Notes: generated by a model not told the origin, from the sequence alone. Counted from the first letter of the stretch, positions 38,601 to 52,720 are shown. The stretch: DNA of 64,000 nt from Vitrella brassicaformis CCMP3155 (GCA_001179505.1 CDMY01000493.1:1591-65590); one strand, 5' to 3'. Numbers and translations: made by a program.

Positions 38601-39648
38601 CAACTCATGGCAGTACTGACACACAGATAAGGAATATGGGTGGATGTGCGCAAATCTTCCCTCCCTCCCTCCCTCCCTGTGTGTGTGAGGGTCACCTTGA
38701 CGAAGACCTTGACGGTCTTGCCTGGGAGTATGTTGCCGACGGAAGCCTGGAAGATGTCGGGCCGCTCCTGCTCCATGAGGTAGGCGCCGTGTCCGGCCGA
38801 TATGGCCTCGTCGTACTCCTTCTTGGCCTGCACCTTCTCCTTGACGATGCCCATGATCTCTTTACCCTCACTCTCGGCCCAGAAACCTGTCACGTAGCCA
38901 GATGGACACACACAGGGGAGAGGACACATTGTGTGTGCCCGTGTGTCTGTGTGGGGGTGGGTGCGTACCAGTGACGGCAGAGCTCTCGACCAATGGGAAG
39001 CAGTACTTGGCCTCGATGGGCTTGTCGCGGTCATTCATGTAGGTCTGGCAGAGCACCGTCTCGGCCACAGTGTCCAGCACGTTCGCCTCGGCGTGAACAC
39101 TCACCTACACACACACACACACAGGGGGGGGGNNNNNNNNNNNNNNNNNNNNNNNNNNNNNNNNNNNNNNNNNNNNNNNNNNNNNNNNNNNNNNNNNNNN
39201 NNNNNNNNNNNNNNNNNNNNNNNNNNNNNNNNNNNNNNNNNNNNNNNNNNNNNNNNNNNNNNNNNNNNNNNNNNNNNNNNNNNNNNNNNNNNNNNNNNNN
39301 NNNNNNNNNNNNNNNNNNNNNNNNNNNNNNNNNNNNNNNNNNNNNNNNNNNNNNNNNNNNNNNNNNNNNNNNNNNNNNNNNNNNNNNNNNNNNNNNNNNN
39401 NNNNNNNNNNNNNNNNNNNNNNNNNNNNNNNNGGGGGGGGGGGGGGGGAGGGGCACGACAAAACACCGTGTTTGTGCGGCCAGCAAGACATAAGAGTGTG
39501 TGTGTTGGTGTCCACTCACCAGTGGCACACGCGTGGGTGGCGGGGCTGGCTTGTCGTCACCCTTGCTGATGACGGTGTCGGTGATGACGCCAACCGGGTG
39601 GACGACGAACAGTCCGCAGTGGGAGGCATAGTCGAATTTCTTGACCAT
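35022..39648 (-). CDS. VIT + vWA domain protein (VWA5A/PARP4-like), spanning an assembly gap
   Basis: VIT: VHAEANVLDTVAETVLCQTYMND..PIEAKYCFPL..AKKEYDEAISAGHGAYLMEQERPDIFQASVGNILPG. vWA MIDAS: FVLDRSGSMGG and VFVLTDGQVSN; also RVFSLGIGSGVSTYLVKGIAR. Confidence 0.92.
39133..39431. other. Assembly gap (299 N) inside an intronic poly-G tract
   Basis: N-run flanked by G homopolymers on both sides. Confidence 0.99.
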
Positions 39649-40469
39649 GGTGGCAGCTGTTGTTGTTGTTGTTGTTGCTGATCCCGATGGATGACAGGTA
39701 GGGACAGGCGATGAGTAGCAAAGATGCTCAGAAGCAAACACTGGAATAAGAACAAACACGCTTGTGTCACGAGACTATTCGAAGGTATGCGGAACGCACA
39801 GAACTAGGAAAAACAGAAGTGGTTGGGGAAGTTGACGCGATGCCGAGTGGACGTCCACTTCCACATCCACTTCTCGGGTTTCAGGGTTAGGGTTTGGATG
39901 AGGGTGGCGAGAAAAGGGAGACTTGAAACGGCATCCCAAAACTTGGCTGCGGCCGAGGAGGCTGGCTGGGACATCGACACGGCCACACACTAATGGCACG
40001 GCAGCGGTGACATGTGTTGGCACAGTAGCTGACCAGCAGACGAGAAGGCCCTCAAAAAGGTCAGCACAGGGTGGGCGGGCACACGTTAGATTTGTTGACG
40101 TGTTGCTTAACGCAGGTCGGGTCCGAATGTGTAGTCGGCATGGTGGCCCATCCTGGCTCCAAGCAGTACAACGGCGGTGTGCTGCGTGCGCCCAAATCGT
40201 GCCCCGGCCTCCAGTGTGACCAGCATCTCGCGGGGTTTGCGGCGCTCTGCATTGCCACGTTTGCCGCCCTCACCTCGGAGCTACTCGTCTACCCCATCCA
40301 CGACCGCCCTCATCCACCATCGCCCGAGGAGCTCAGCATACGGGCGCAGAAGGGGGTCGCCACCCGTCGCGCCCGCTACGGCACTGCCTCGACATACGCC
40401 ACCCGTCTCGCCAACCATGGCCCCGCCCGCATTCGTGAGCAGCAGCTGCATATCCTGCAGGGCTGTAGC

Positions 40470-43400
40470 GGGTGATGCAGCATCTTGGTATCGCAATGCA
40501 CATCACGGACGACACATGTATTTGTGTTGCACTTGTGGAGGAAGAGGAGGGCGACGGTGAGCGGACAACACGAGACATCCGCAGCTGTCAGGGCATTCCA
40601 TCTCTGTACCGATGCAGGAAGTGATCGACCGTTTAAAGGAGAAGGCAGTGCTTGAGGAGGCGAAAAGACTGGTATTCAACAGGGCCCGAGAGGTATCCAG
40701 CTGGAGAAGGACATGCCGAAACCAGCACCTGATTCTTCTATGCAGCCCCCTGACACCGAATCTTCTCATCGGAGACCCCCGGGCAGCCCGAGATCGAGAG
40801 GTCCTCCTTGAGAACAAAGTATGCATGAATCAACCGTGTACGTAGGTGTGCAGAATACTCTGTTGAGCTGCTGTTGAGCTGCTCTCCTTGGTGCTGATAA
40901 TGGGTCGCCACGGCATGCCTAATACACAAGTAAGTGTGTGCACGTGATGTCTCCTTCGTTCTTTGCCGTGCAGAAGAGATCGGTGAAGAGAGCGACCGGG
41001 CCTGGGGGAGCGACCAAGCAGCATTTGAGGAGTGTCGACGACATGACGCAGACGCATCTGGTGCACCGGTTGTCGGATTCGGCGGGGTGTCGGGCATGAG
41101 AGGGTGTGTCTGGTGGACCCCTCACATGCCCGTGTCAACAGGCCGGGTGTGTGCGAGGTGCTCCAGCTCCGTGACCAGGGCGGGAAAATGAAGATAATGA
41201 AATGGATGAAGGACGACGGCCTTGAGCCCTGGCAGGAGCCCTTTCAGGACAGGAGCTGGCGCAGGCCAATGGTGTGGGTCACGAACGAAGGTATGAAACG
41301 AAAGAAGTGAGAGCGACTTTTGTCTTTCCCTCTGTGTGTTTGCATCAGCGATCAATTTGTCCAGGCTAAGCCATCCCAACATCAGCGGCTGCGAGGGCAT
41401 CATGCTGAACAACGGCGTTACTGCCGTCTTCAGGGCCGCAGCCTGGACAAAACGGTGACAAAGCACCTGCCCACTTCCTTCTACCTGCATATCACCAGGC
41501 AGCTCCAGTCGGCCCTTGTCTACATGCACTCACGCGAATGCCTGCATCAAGACATCAACCCAGGTAGGTGTGAGGCGCATCCAGCAGGTGCATAAGAGGC
41601 ATGCATACACACACTCTCTGTGTATGCATGCATGTATCCATCCGTCAGATAACATACTCCTGGAAGACGGTACGAACAAGGTGCGTGTGCCCACTGGACT
41701 GCCTCAAGAGGCCCGAGCTGTTTCACATGGTTCCGCCAGCCATCCTACCGCTTCTAGAGCAACTCGAATCGTTCCCGTCGACCTTATTCGATGCCAACTG
41801 GTCGGCTTGACGATTGGCGGTTGGCTCACGGAGTTCAAGGAGAAAGAGAAGGTAGCAGCATTCATCGGTGGGGCGAGGGGCGTGGAGCGGGAGACAGGAT
41901 ACACAACGGAGTACGTGCCGCCCGACACCAACCTCTTGCCACCTGCACAGGCCGGCTTTCCAAATGTCCCCCGGCAGCCGCCTCAGCACCAGGGTGGCCC
42001 TGTGCAGAGAAAGCGAAAGGATGGATCCATCCATCGCTGCTTGCATTTTATATTTGGAGTCTCTGCAACGGTGGCATTGTCCAGATCAACGACCTAGTAG
42101 TGGTCATCTACTTTGCGGTGTTTGGCATGACCTACTTCACCATAAGAGCTATGGGAGAAGATGGAATCAGCGTCGAGCCCTATTGCTCACAGCTAGACGT
42201 GGTTCATGGTGTGGCCAATGGTGTTGTGCTTTGGCTGCCAATGGTGCGGCCAATCGGCTGATCTGGCTTCAGCTGATGGGCACCAGTTCGCAAGAAGGAG
42301 ACTCGGAAAGCTATTTGGTGCTGGCACGGGGTGGAACAAGTGGCGGCTGTCTGGATTGGCCTCACGCCTCCCCGAGCGCAACCCAGACATGCAAGTCGAG
42401 TACCAGCACATCATCCACGCCCTGAAATCGATCAGTAGGCATGTTCTACACGACTGACATACAGACACAGCCCGTCAATGTCTCTCTTCCCTCTTCCACG
42501 CGTAGCACGGGAAACTGCAGAAAATCTTCGCAAGACAATCTCCCAACTCAAAGAGAAGCTCGAGAATACCCAAGTAGACCCGTGGGGCTGCCTCTATGAG
42601 GACGCACAGGAAGAGATGGATCGCTGGGAGTTTGTTGCTCAGCTCGTCCGAAATTTGCAGCGCGCGGGGCTGCAGAAGCTTATGCGTGAGGTCGGAGAGG
42701 AGGCAAATATCAATAACAACACACACATGAGACACGTCTTTGCATTGCACGAGGTAAGCAGAGAGATAAGGTACGCGCAGCCTTTTGTCTGTACTGACTG
42801 GAATAGGAGGTTATTGAGAGGCTGAGGAGGGAAGCCATATCAGAGGAGGCAAGTGATTAGTCTGGAATCGGTCGAGAGAGGTAAGTAGGCGAAAGAGGAA
42901 GATGAGACTATCTTGGCTGAAGACATCCGTGCAACCCATGACTGGGAAGTCATCAAGTGCTGCTCGATGTACAACCAGTTCATCCACGTGCTCTTCTCTT
43001 GGGCCCGCCTCACCGCGTTCACCGTCGCCTACTTCATCCATCAGGGGAATGACAAGACCAAAGCTTTCCTTAAGCTAGAGAAGACCAAAGCAGAAGGTGA
43101 GAGACATGCAGGCAAGCTACAGGGAGACACAGGCTGCAGAGAAACATGCAGACACACCATACTTGTGTGTGCATCTCTCCCATGTGCGTCTCTCGTAAAA
43201 AGAGATTGCCACACACTTAGACATCCAGGTAAAAATGCCTCAAAGCGCTTGCAGCATACCGTATACTTTGCGAGTGTCGATGTATGCTCAGCTCACGGAA
43301 CTCATTGAGTTGCACGATTTCGAAGAATGCAGCTCCAAGATTCGGCGGGCCGCCTTGACACATATCGGTAGGCCCCGCAAAAGATGAGACGCATCACTAG

Positions 43401-43830
43401 TAGGCCTGCAATCAGTATGGCGTGTCTCCCTCCTCTTCCATTATGAGTCTGTAGGGCATTTCATAGACTGCAGAACCAGCTCGAGGCCTTTCAAGTCGAC
43501 GAATGGCTGCCCATCTGGCAAGACGCAGATGAGGAGACCGAAAATTGGATGTTCGTCAGCGAGACTATAAGAAATCTCAAGCGGGAAGGGCTGCAGAGGG
43601 TGATGCAGCATCTCGGTATCGTAATGAACATCACCAATGACACAATGATGACGCATATATTCGCGTTGCATTTGTGGAGGAAGAGGAGGGCGACGGTGAG
43701 CAGACAACACGCAGCTGTCAGGGCATTCTCTCTGTACGGATGCAGGAAATGATCGACCATTTGAAGGAGGAGGCAGTGCCTGAGGAGGCGAGAAGACTGG
43801 TGAGGGACATGCCGAAACCAGAACTGTTTG
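40470..43830 (+). repeat. Dispersed direct repeat of about 250 bp: 40470-40730 and 43598-43830
   Basis: Both copies share gggtgatgcagcatct..., ttgtggaggaagaggagggcgacggtgagc.gacaacacg, gatgcaggaa.tgatcgacc.ttt.aaggag.aggcagtgc.tgaggaggcga.aagactggt and ggacatgccgaaaccag. Confidence 0.85.
40934..42460 (+). pseudogene. Degenerate or frameshifted protein kinase
   Basis: HPNI (41372) is out of frame with the downstream LQSALVYMHSRECLHQDINP|DNILL (altered HRDxKxxN motif). No DFG is visible. GYTTEYVPPD stands in for GTxxYxxPE, and the segment ends in LPERNP. Confidence 0.7.
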
Positions 43831-44813
43831 TTCTATGCTGATGTGCGATCTGCAGGAAGATGGGTTGCGAAAGCTGGTGCACCATTCGCCACGAGAAGAC
43901 ACGGGTCAGACACATCTTTCAATGACACTATGGCAAAGGAGGAACAACAGGGTAGGTGGGAAGGATACACATACTCACTAAAGGCACACACTCGTGCGCT
44001 GATACAGGAGAGGATAGAGCAGCTGCGAAAGGACTCACTTGAGCAGGACGCGAAATCTTTAGTGTTGAGTCGCGCAAGAGAGGTAAACAGGGAAACAGAA
44101 ATATGATGAAAGGCGGCACATCATATGTCGTGCCAATGCATGTAGGCACCGGGGCCGTATACGGTTGTCACGGATTGTTTGCTGGTTGTCATTTGAGTCA
44201 GGTATGGCAGCTAGACAGAAGAGGGCAGACAGACACATGGAGAGACGCATGGACAGACAGATAGAAATTTGTCTCTTCTCTTTCAGAACCGAGTGAGGAT
44301 AAGCTCCTGGCTGACGACGCTGCGAGAAATCAAAGTGGATCACATGAGGAGCCAGGTATGTCACATGAATTGGAAGGAGTGGCGAGCGGGATGTGTGAGT
44401 ATATGGCTGGGAAGAGAGGCGATGACGTGTCATGTCATGTGACGTGTTCATGTAGCTGAAGAATCGCTGCCTATATTTTATATTGCGACTGAGTGTGGTG
44501 GCTTAGGAATGGCTGAGAGCACCTGTCTTGAGTGATGCCCGGGTTTGCTGGGTGCGCTGGGCTGTGACTCTGGCTATGTGTATGGGTACGACAGTAAAGT
44601 GACAGTAATGCGATTGACGGATTCATGTATTCACGTACTCAACATATAATCATCCTGGCCATCCAACTGTGGCGCGTCCATTTGAATGCACTGTCCATCC
44701 AGCCCACTGAAGCATGCAATCCGCACCCACACACACACTATCACAACAGCACCGCCCAAATGACACTGGGGAAGGCCCGGCCCAAACGGCTGGCGCCACA
44801 GCCAAATCGCAGC

Positions 44814-46266
44814 CTACGCATTCAGCACATCCTTGACCACACCACGGACGAGTGCCACTGTGCGTGGGTAAAGCGCTGCGCCCCTCTTGCCGCGAGCGGA
44901 TCGCTCCGTTGTGAAGACAGAAAAGCACGTGCTGCCGTACACCGTCAAGTAGACAGCGAAGTCGTCGATGGACTTGTCTCCACACAGAATCACAATCGTC
45001 TTCTTCCTTTCCTCGATCTCGGCCGCCTTGTGATAGCCTCGCCAGGTGGGGCTCGGCGGCGCGCCCACCTCCGCAGCCAGCTGCTCCTCGGCACCTCTCG
45101 TCATGAGGACGTCCCCATCCAGCAGGTTGATCATGACGCGCCCGTCGTGCCGGTCACGGTAAGCTGAGTGGACTATGAGGTCGGTGAACGATGAGTACGC
45201 TCTGTTTCCAGCTGCAGGCAGACAGGCAGACAGACAGGCAGGCACACAGACCAACACGTCGAAGACCAGGAAGATCACATCGCCTTTATGTGCTGACTGG
45301 CTTACATTTGGTGGGCGGGTCACATGCGGCAGAAGGCACCACACCGGGCGTGTGGTATGTCATAGGCTGTGAGCTCGACCCCAGGCAGTCTTGATTGTCA
45401 TCACGGCCCACTCGGAAGGTGGAGATCAACCGACGGCTGAAGAGTGAGTACTGCCGCACCGCTCCCGGCCGCGCGTCAAACACGGCCCGGCTGCCCACCG
45501 CCTTCAAGTCATCGGCAGTAACGGCGATTGGCAGAGACGCCATCATCCCGCAGTTCTTCATGAAGTGGATGAGCGGCACGATGGGCTCCCAGCAGCCTCC
45601 CTCCTCGATGACGTACAGCAGCCGCATAAGGTACTCGATGTGGCTCATCCCCTTGTCAAGCCCGATTGCCAGCCGCAGGCCACCCCACACGAGGCGAGCG
45701 ACCCACACGAAGGCGTCCTCAAAATACATCATCTTCTCCATCACCGTGTCCACATCTCGCCGTGCCCACTCCGTAATGAATACCCGCCAATGAAGGATCA
45801 TGCCCACAGGAAGCCCGACAAAAAACGGAACAACCCACTTGGACGTGGCAGTGACCAGCCAGTGATCCGCTACGAAGATGGCAAGGATATTTCGTACCAG
45901 CCACTGCATCGGCAACAGAATGACAGCTATCAGGATGCCGACAACGATGAAGAAGCCAATGATCATCGCAGCGAGGGTGCCGAGATGGCCGATGGCAGTT
46001 GAAAGGGCGCTGCAGGCGGCCTTGACAGAGTGCCGGAGGAACGCCTGAGCCGTCTTGTGTCGCTTGCGGTAAGACAGCACGGAGTCCAGGCCGTTGGTGC
46101 GGATGGCGGCGTCGAGGCGGCCCGTGAGGAAGTCCTCACTGACGAGATGCCAGCCGACGCTTCTGGACGTGGCGCGGAGGGCGCCGAAGCTGTCGGCTTT
46201 GAGATACCTCAGCAGCTGGAGGGAAACATCGTCAGGAAGGCCAAGCAGATAGCTCCGGTCGCCCAT
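44814..46266 (-). CDS. Lineage-specific F-box-like family protein with internal hydrophobic helices (copy 1, 2 exons, apparently intact)
   Basis: MGDRSYLLGLPDDVSLQLLRYLKADSFGALRATSR (F-box-like), then a TM-like stretch IIGFFIVVGILIAVILLPM. One GT-AG intron lies after PTK. Confidence 0.75.
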
Positions 46267-46668
46267 TGCTCGACAAGGAAACACCCAGTGGAGGCCTTTG
46301 CTCTATAATCCGTCCGAAGCCATCCCCAGGTGCGAGCTTCGGGCCTCTCCTGCGAGCTAAGCTTGAGAGCGTAGGTTTTTCCTCCGCGGAGAGGACGAAG
46401 AGTGAGCTGACTTTCTGGCTGTATGTGAGCCTTCCTGTTCGCTCCTCGATAAGCGAGATCTCCAGGTCAGTCAGAAATCTCGGCGGAAGGAGAAGCCGCG
46501 ATACCTGAGGGAAGGAATACCCTGCTGTGTTGTGTTGTGTTGTGTTGTGTGACTTCAGGTTGACGCTGGGCATCAGATAGCCCACAGCGGATAAGAAGGA
46601 AGGGTGACAGATCTCCTGAGTCGAGTCAGTCTGGCGTGTGTTGTATCCTCTGATGTGACGTCACGACG

Positions 46669-48825
46669 ATGATTGACCTCTGCCACACAACACTGGTACC
46701 ACACCGCGGACCAACCTGAACACACACAGCCTATCGGAGTGTGATGTGTGTGTGTGCGTGTGTGTGTATGTGTGTGCAGGTGTGCCTCTTCGGGGTGCAC
46801 GCGGCTTCGGCCTTAATTTTCTTTTTCCCCATCAACTTGGCGCCCAAGCGGCTGCTGATCCGGCTGGTCTCCAAGTCACATTTTCCCATCAAGGCCCTCA
46901 CAGTGGCCGTCGTGGCGTCCTTGTCGCTGCTGGTATGGTGCATCGGCCGCCTCAACCACTGGGTGCCGACTCTGGTCACACCTGACAAAACAACACTGGT
47001 ACACACACACACACACACACACTCACACACAGACACAGACACAGAGAGAGAGAGAGAGAGCGCTCTTGTGTTGCTGTGCTGGCTGTTTGTCCGCTCAGGT
47101 GGTGGATATGTGGCTGAGTGCATCGAATGTGTTTGCGTTCGGGGTGCTGCGTCAGCTGTGTTACCTGTGCTATCACAACGAGGAGGCCGTCATGCAGATG
47201 GAGCAGCTGGCGGCCTCCCGCGACATCCTCGAGTGGCAGCCGCCCACATTCGAGACGCTCGCACCCATACTCGTCCCCTACAAGTGGCTCGTGTCGCCCA
47301 AGGTCAGTCAGGCTGCAGACACACACACAGACCGACACACACACCAGTCAGACAGTGAGTGCATTTCTTTGTCGGTGTGTTGGTGTGTTGGAAGTTCTAT
47401 GGGCTGGATCGCATTCCTGACGAGAAGACGCACCGGCTGCTGTTTGTGAGCAACCACGCCCTGTGGGGCCTGGAGATGCCACTGCTCATCGAGGGCGTCT
47501 ACAGGCTCAAGAACATGTTCCTCAGAGGCCTTGGCGGTCAGCCCACTCCACACACACACACACTGTGACATCCAGACATCACATGCATGTTTGTGTGTGT
47601 GTGTGGGCACATACAGACCGGGTGCATTTCTATCTGCCGGGCCATCGTCACCTGTTCGAGATGATGGGTGCGGTGGAGGGCACCCGCCCCAACTGCCGCC
47701 TGATGCTGCGCCACGGTTTCAACGTTCTGGTGTACCCTGGGGGCGCTCGTGAGGTGTGGAAGAATAAGAAGAACCGCAAGTACGAGCTGCTGTGGGGCAA
47801 CAGGGTGGGGTTCGCCAAGATCGCCATCGAGGAGGGGTGCACTATTGTGCCGACCTGCTCGGTGGGGACCGAGGATATGCTCGAGATACTCCGGGTGGGG
47901 GAGAATGAATGGATGGACCAGAGGAGAGAGGGGGGGGAAGCGCTGCTGGATGGATGGATGCTGTGGATGGGCATGTGTGTGTGTGCAGGACATCCCGATC
48001 GACTGGCTGATAGGCCGGTCGGGGCTGAGCATTCCCATCTTGAAAGTACCCACGCCAGCAGAGACACAACGGGTCTACTTCTGGTCAGTCAGCGTGACAG
48101 CCAGCACGCACACAACAGGCACCCTGCCTGTCTGTCGGTCTGTCTGTCTGCCTGCTTAACGCATGTGGTGGTGTTGTGTGGTGTGGTGTGTTGTGTTGTG
48201 TTGCGCGTGTGATCAGGTTTGGTGATCCGATCAGCACTCATGAGTACAAGCGTGAGCTGGGCGAGTGCTCCATTAAGGCGTCATTCGCCAACGACGAATA
48301 CGACGAGGTGTGCACCACACCACACCACACCCCGACAGACACACACACGCTTATCCATCCAAACAGACACACACATATGCCGCCCGTCCGTCTCTCTGTC
48401 TGTGTGTGGTTTGTCTACAGAAGCTGCAGCGCTTCGCAGAGGCCCTCCGTGACAAGACAAAAGCAGCCGTCGAATCAGGTACGCATAGAATGTCCCCCGC
48501 CCCCCCTCAGCCCCGCCACCTCTCACCCTCCCTCCCTCCCTCCCGTCACACAGGCATCAGCTACCTACAGAAGGTGCAAGCGGAAGATTGCGAGCGGCTC
48601 CTCCCCGACCGTGTCAAGCTCACAGCCGAGGCTATCAAGGCGGCCATCACCGCCCAAGTGGAGCGGTCTCTGAAGCCCTTCACCAACAACGACGGCACTG
48701 GGGGCGGCACTCCTTTGCGATCGAGGTCACCTCTGCACTCGTTCCTCTCGAGCCTGTCGGGGCGGTCGGGCTCCTCTCCCGGCAAGATGTCGCCTGCATC
48801 GTCCTTTCCGCACATGTACGCATAG
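46669..48825 (+). CDS. MGAT/DGAT2-like (LPLAT/PlsC superfamily) acyltransferase
   Basis: LLFVSNHALWGLEMP, LRGLG|DRVHF, GAVEGTRPNC, VLVYPGGAREV, LLWGNRVGFAKIAIEEGCTIVP and FGDPIST. N-terminal hydrophobic helices. Start inferred. Confidence 0.88.
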
Positions 48826-50905
48826 CCCCCCCCCCCTCCCTCCCTGACATGACAGCACTGATCGATTGCGAGAATTCTCTCTGTGCTCTGTGTTTGTCGG
48901 GCGGTCAGTGATGAGGCGGATGACGGTCGTGAGGATTATGAGTGCGGTCATGATGATGACACCGAGGAGGGCGGGTGGGAGGGCGGGCCGCAGAGGGCGT
49001 CAGTCGACAGCGGAAGTGGGGCCACCGACACCGACACAGAGGCAGCAGCAGCCGCGAGGAGGCGGTCCTCACCACCCAAGGGGCGAGACGACTCATAGTG
49101 CGTCTGTCTGCCTGTCTGTCTGTCTGTGCGCGGGCGCATTGACGCGTGTGTGTGTATGCTATGTATGCATGTGTGTGATGTCTTTCATTTCTTCCTTGCT
49201 TCCTTCATCTGTGTGCGACCGAATCGGTTCTCGCGCGAGCGGGGCCGCATGAAGTTGTCCATCCATATACATCCATCCAGCAACGTTTCCTTCATGCTTC
49301 GGGGAGGGGAGGGGAGGGGAGCGGGATGATTTCGTTTTTCTTTCACATATGGATGCATGGCATGGTTGCGGCTAGGGTGGGTGTTTTGTGTATGTGTCTT
49401 TGTGAGGGTGTGTGCAGGTAGGAGGTGTGTACTTAGGTCGGATTGAGTGATGTATTGATTGGTGTTTGTGTTGCTGTTGGTGTTGGCCATGGCTTTGGTG
49501 CTGTTAATTTAATTAGATAGAGCGAGAGGGAGAGGCAGGGAGGGAGGGTGGGCGGGAGGGGCAGATAGCCCCAGGATGACTGACCATTTTCTACGCCATA
49601 TGGGCGCCCCTGCCTGCCTCTTTGTCTGTCTGAGTGTATGTCTGTGTGTGTGTGTGTCTTTGTACGGTTAAAGATAATCCCTGCTCGCCCATAGGCACCC
49701 ACTCATCCCCTCTGTCCCTCACACAACACTGGTTCTGTATAGGTTTCCCTCTCCTCCTTGCTGCACACATACACACACAACACAACACACCATTATGCCA
49801 ATCCTTTCTTTCCGTTTCTTTGATGCGTTTCCTTCATACTGTTCATTGAATGCAATGCAGCTGCAGACTTTTGGGCCAGCCAGCCAGCTCAGCCAGCCCG
49901 CCAGCCGACCAGCAGCGGCCGTGAGGCCCTGCACTCTGGTCCACCCTGCCATGTCTGCCATGTCTGCCTGCCTGGCAATGATATCTGAGTGCCTGTTGGT
50001 TGGTTGGGTGAGTCAACCAAGTAAGTACGAGTAGAGGAAACAAGATAGCACGGAAGACAGGAAGGAAGGTGGTAAGGGAAGAAGAGGTAGTGAGTGGGTG
50101 TGGATCGATGTTGCTGCCCTTGGTCTGCTGCCGCTGGTGTGGAGACGGTGGCGGGGTGCTGTGCGACAGACAGGGCCAGAACGAGTCACCTTTCGGTTCG
50201 TTTCGTTCCCTGTAGCAGAGCGCTGCGCCACCCCCTTTACCAAGGGGGCCGCGGCAGACAGGCAGCAGATGACGGCATGGTTTGTAAGAAGTGTTGGTGG
50301 AGAGAGAGGGGTCTGCACACATACATGCCTCCTCTTTTGTCGCATCAATCAGTCGCCCATCGAGGGAGGTAACGGCCATCTGTGTGTTGCATTGCCCCTA
50401 CGCAACTAGATGTCTGTGCAGCCGACGAGCTGGCGCAGGTGTGCAGCTGCATGAGGGCGTCGCGAACACAGACAGCCGACATGGGATGATCGCACTGCTG
50501 ACCGACCGACGGGCGACCGGACCAGCAAGGGCACTTTTCCAGCACTCACTCTGTGGGAGTGCGATGTGTGTGAGTATGAGGGTGAGAGTGTGAGTGTGAG
50601 TGTGCGGCTATCGCAATATGTCGATGCGGTATCTGGTGATGTCGTCTCTGTGGGGGTGTGTTTGTCTGCTCGTGTCTGTCTGTGTGTCCATTTGATCATC
50701 GTGATGTGCAGACGCGTCCATGTGTGCGTGTGTGTGTGCTCACATGGCGTTTTTGGTCAAACAACGTCCCTCCCTCCTCACTCACACGCAGACGCTTTCA
50801 CGGAAGGATCGTATCGGTGGCGCACAGCACACCCAGTCAGCACGTTCACACCACACATACGCCGCCACGGGTGTCTGTCTGTCCGTTTGTCTGTCTGGAC
50901 GTCTC

Positions 50906-52671
50906 TCACCCATCGTCCATCCCACAACACTCTCTCAAGAAGTCGTCCAAATCCTGCTGATCTGCAGTCTGCTGTGCCGGCGCAGCAGCCTGGCCGCCCC
51001 CACCCTCACCACCCCCACTGCTGCTCATCCCACCACCGGCAGCCATCGACACCTCACCACCGCACTCATTGACACCAGCAGCATACGGTCGACTCACCAT
51101 GTGGGAGGGGGGCGGAGGGGGTCTCCTCACACCACCAGCACCCAACTGCGGTCGAAATGGGGGTCTCTGTGGGGGTCTCTGTGGGGGTCTTTGGTGCGGT
51201 CGGAAGGGGCGAGGAGGACCGTGGCGGGCCGCGACGTGACGGAAAGGGCCTGGCCCCCCACGCACCACCGGCATCGCCATACCAACAGCAGCAGGGGCGG
51301 GCGCATCGAATGGGTTCGGTTCCGCATCAGCACCGTCGAAAGTCACCCTCTTCCTCTTGGCCTCCTGCTCGTGCTCGTCCGCAGCCTCCATCATCCCATC
51401 GCCGCCCTCATCTCTGCTCCTCCCGGCCTTCATCGCACTCTTCAGGGGACGAACGCTGCCACCTGCTGCAGCAGGGGGAGGTGGGAAGCGATGCTGGTGC
51501 TGCGTGGGCCCGTTGGGATTGCGATTTGGGGGAGAGGGGAAACGATGCTGCTGGTGCTGGTGGATGGGGCCGCTGGCATTGACATTGAGGTGAGGGCGAG
51601 GGGGGAATCGGTTCGGCTGCGGCCGCTGGATGCGGGGGCGTGGGGGATTGGGCGGCATCGTCATCTGTTGCTGGTGGTGGAATGGCCGGTGGGGCTGTCC
51701 ATTGTGCCGAGGGGCTGGTCTGGGTGGTGCCGGGGGTCTGCGGTAGACAGGCACAGCTGCCGCCGCAGCAGCAGGAGGTGGTGGTGGTCCGAATTCGGGG
51801 TAGTGGCCAGAGATGCCCGGCGGCCGGGGGGAGGGATCCATGCCGTCAGCAAACATGTCACCATCACCGTCACCGTCCTCTGCGTCTGCTGCCGCTGCTG
51901 CTGCCGCTGCGTTGGCGCCCTCTGGCGACTCGATGAAGCCAGCTGCAGACAGACAGACAGACAGAGAGGAAGATATGCATGTGTGACTGACTGATGGGCG
52001 GGGGGATGGAGAGAGGGGGAGGGGGGAGGGGGGAGGGAGGGGGCTCCCTCCTACCTTCTTGTGCGAATCGTGAGGGCATCAGTTGGCCCATGCCCTCCTT
52101 GAGACAGCACGTCACCACCAGACGCATCTTGGCACGGGTGAACGCCTGCACGCCACAGAGAGATGGGCGCGTGGCGTGGAGGGCGCGTGGCGTGGAGGGG
52201 GAAGCGGTCTGTCTGTCTGTGTCAGGTGTCTGTCCTTCATACGCACGCACCACGTATGCGACTCTCCTCTCCTCGTCTATTTTCTCGTGGGAGTCTATCA
52301 TGCCCGACGGCAGCACACCCTGATTGACCGTATATCGATAAAAGGGCAGAGACCATTCCTTTCTGCCTTCACGAAGGTGGGTGTCTGTGCGTATGTCTTT
52401 CTCTCCCTATGTCTGTGCGGGCCGACCTCATTGAAGCGCGCCAGGAAGACTGTGTGCCACTGATCCGCACACCCAAAGAGACAGAGAGCAGAGACAGAGA
52501 GATCAGGCGTATGCGTCTGTGGTGGGGGCAGGTGAGGTTGGCTGACCTCCAGGCCTTTCGCCTGGTGCACAGTGCTGAGAGTGACGACGTTCTTTTTCTT
52601 CCCCTGCTCAAACAAACCGGATGTCACATCCCGGAGGAAGCACACCAGACAGTCACGGCCAGTCGGCTATG

Positions 52672-52720
<49 letters not shown>

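Noticed and set aside
39875-39905. Telomere-like GGGTTTCAGGGTTAGGGTTT
   Set aside because: Only one perfect TTAGGG; too short to call a telomeric or telo-box element.
40071-44110. Possible retrotransposon
   Set aside because: No RT, integrase, gag or LTR signature seen; the repeats translate to kinase-associated modules.
50720-51994. 424-aa plus-strand ORF
   Set aside because: Antisense shadow of the GC-rich helicase C-terminal exon.
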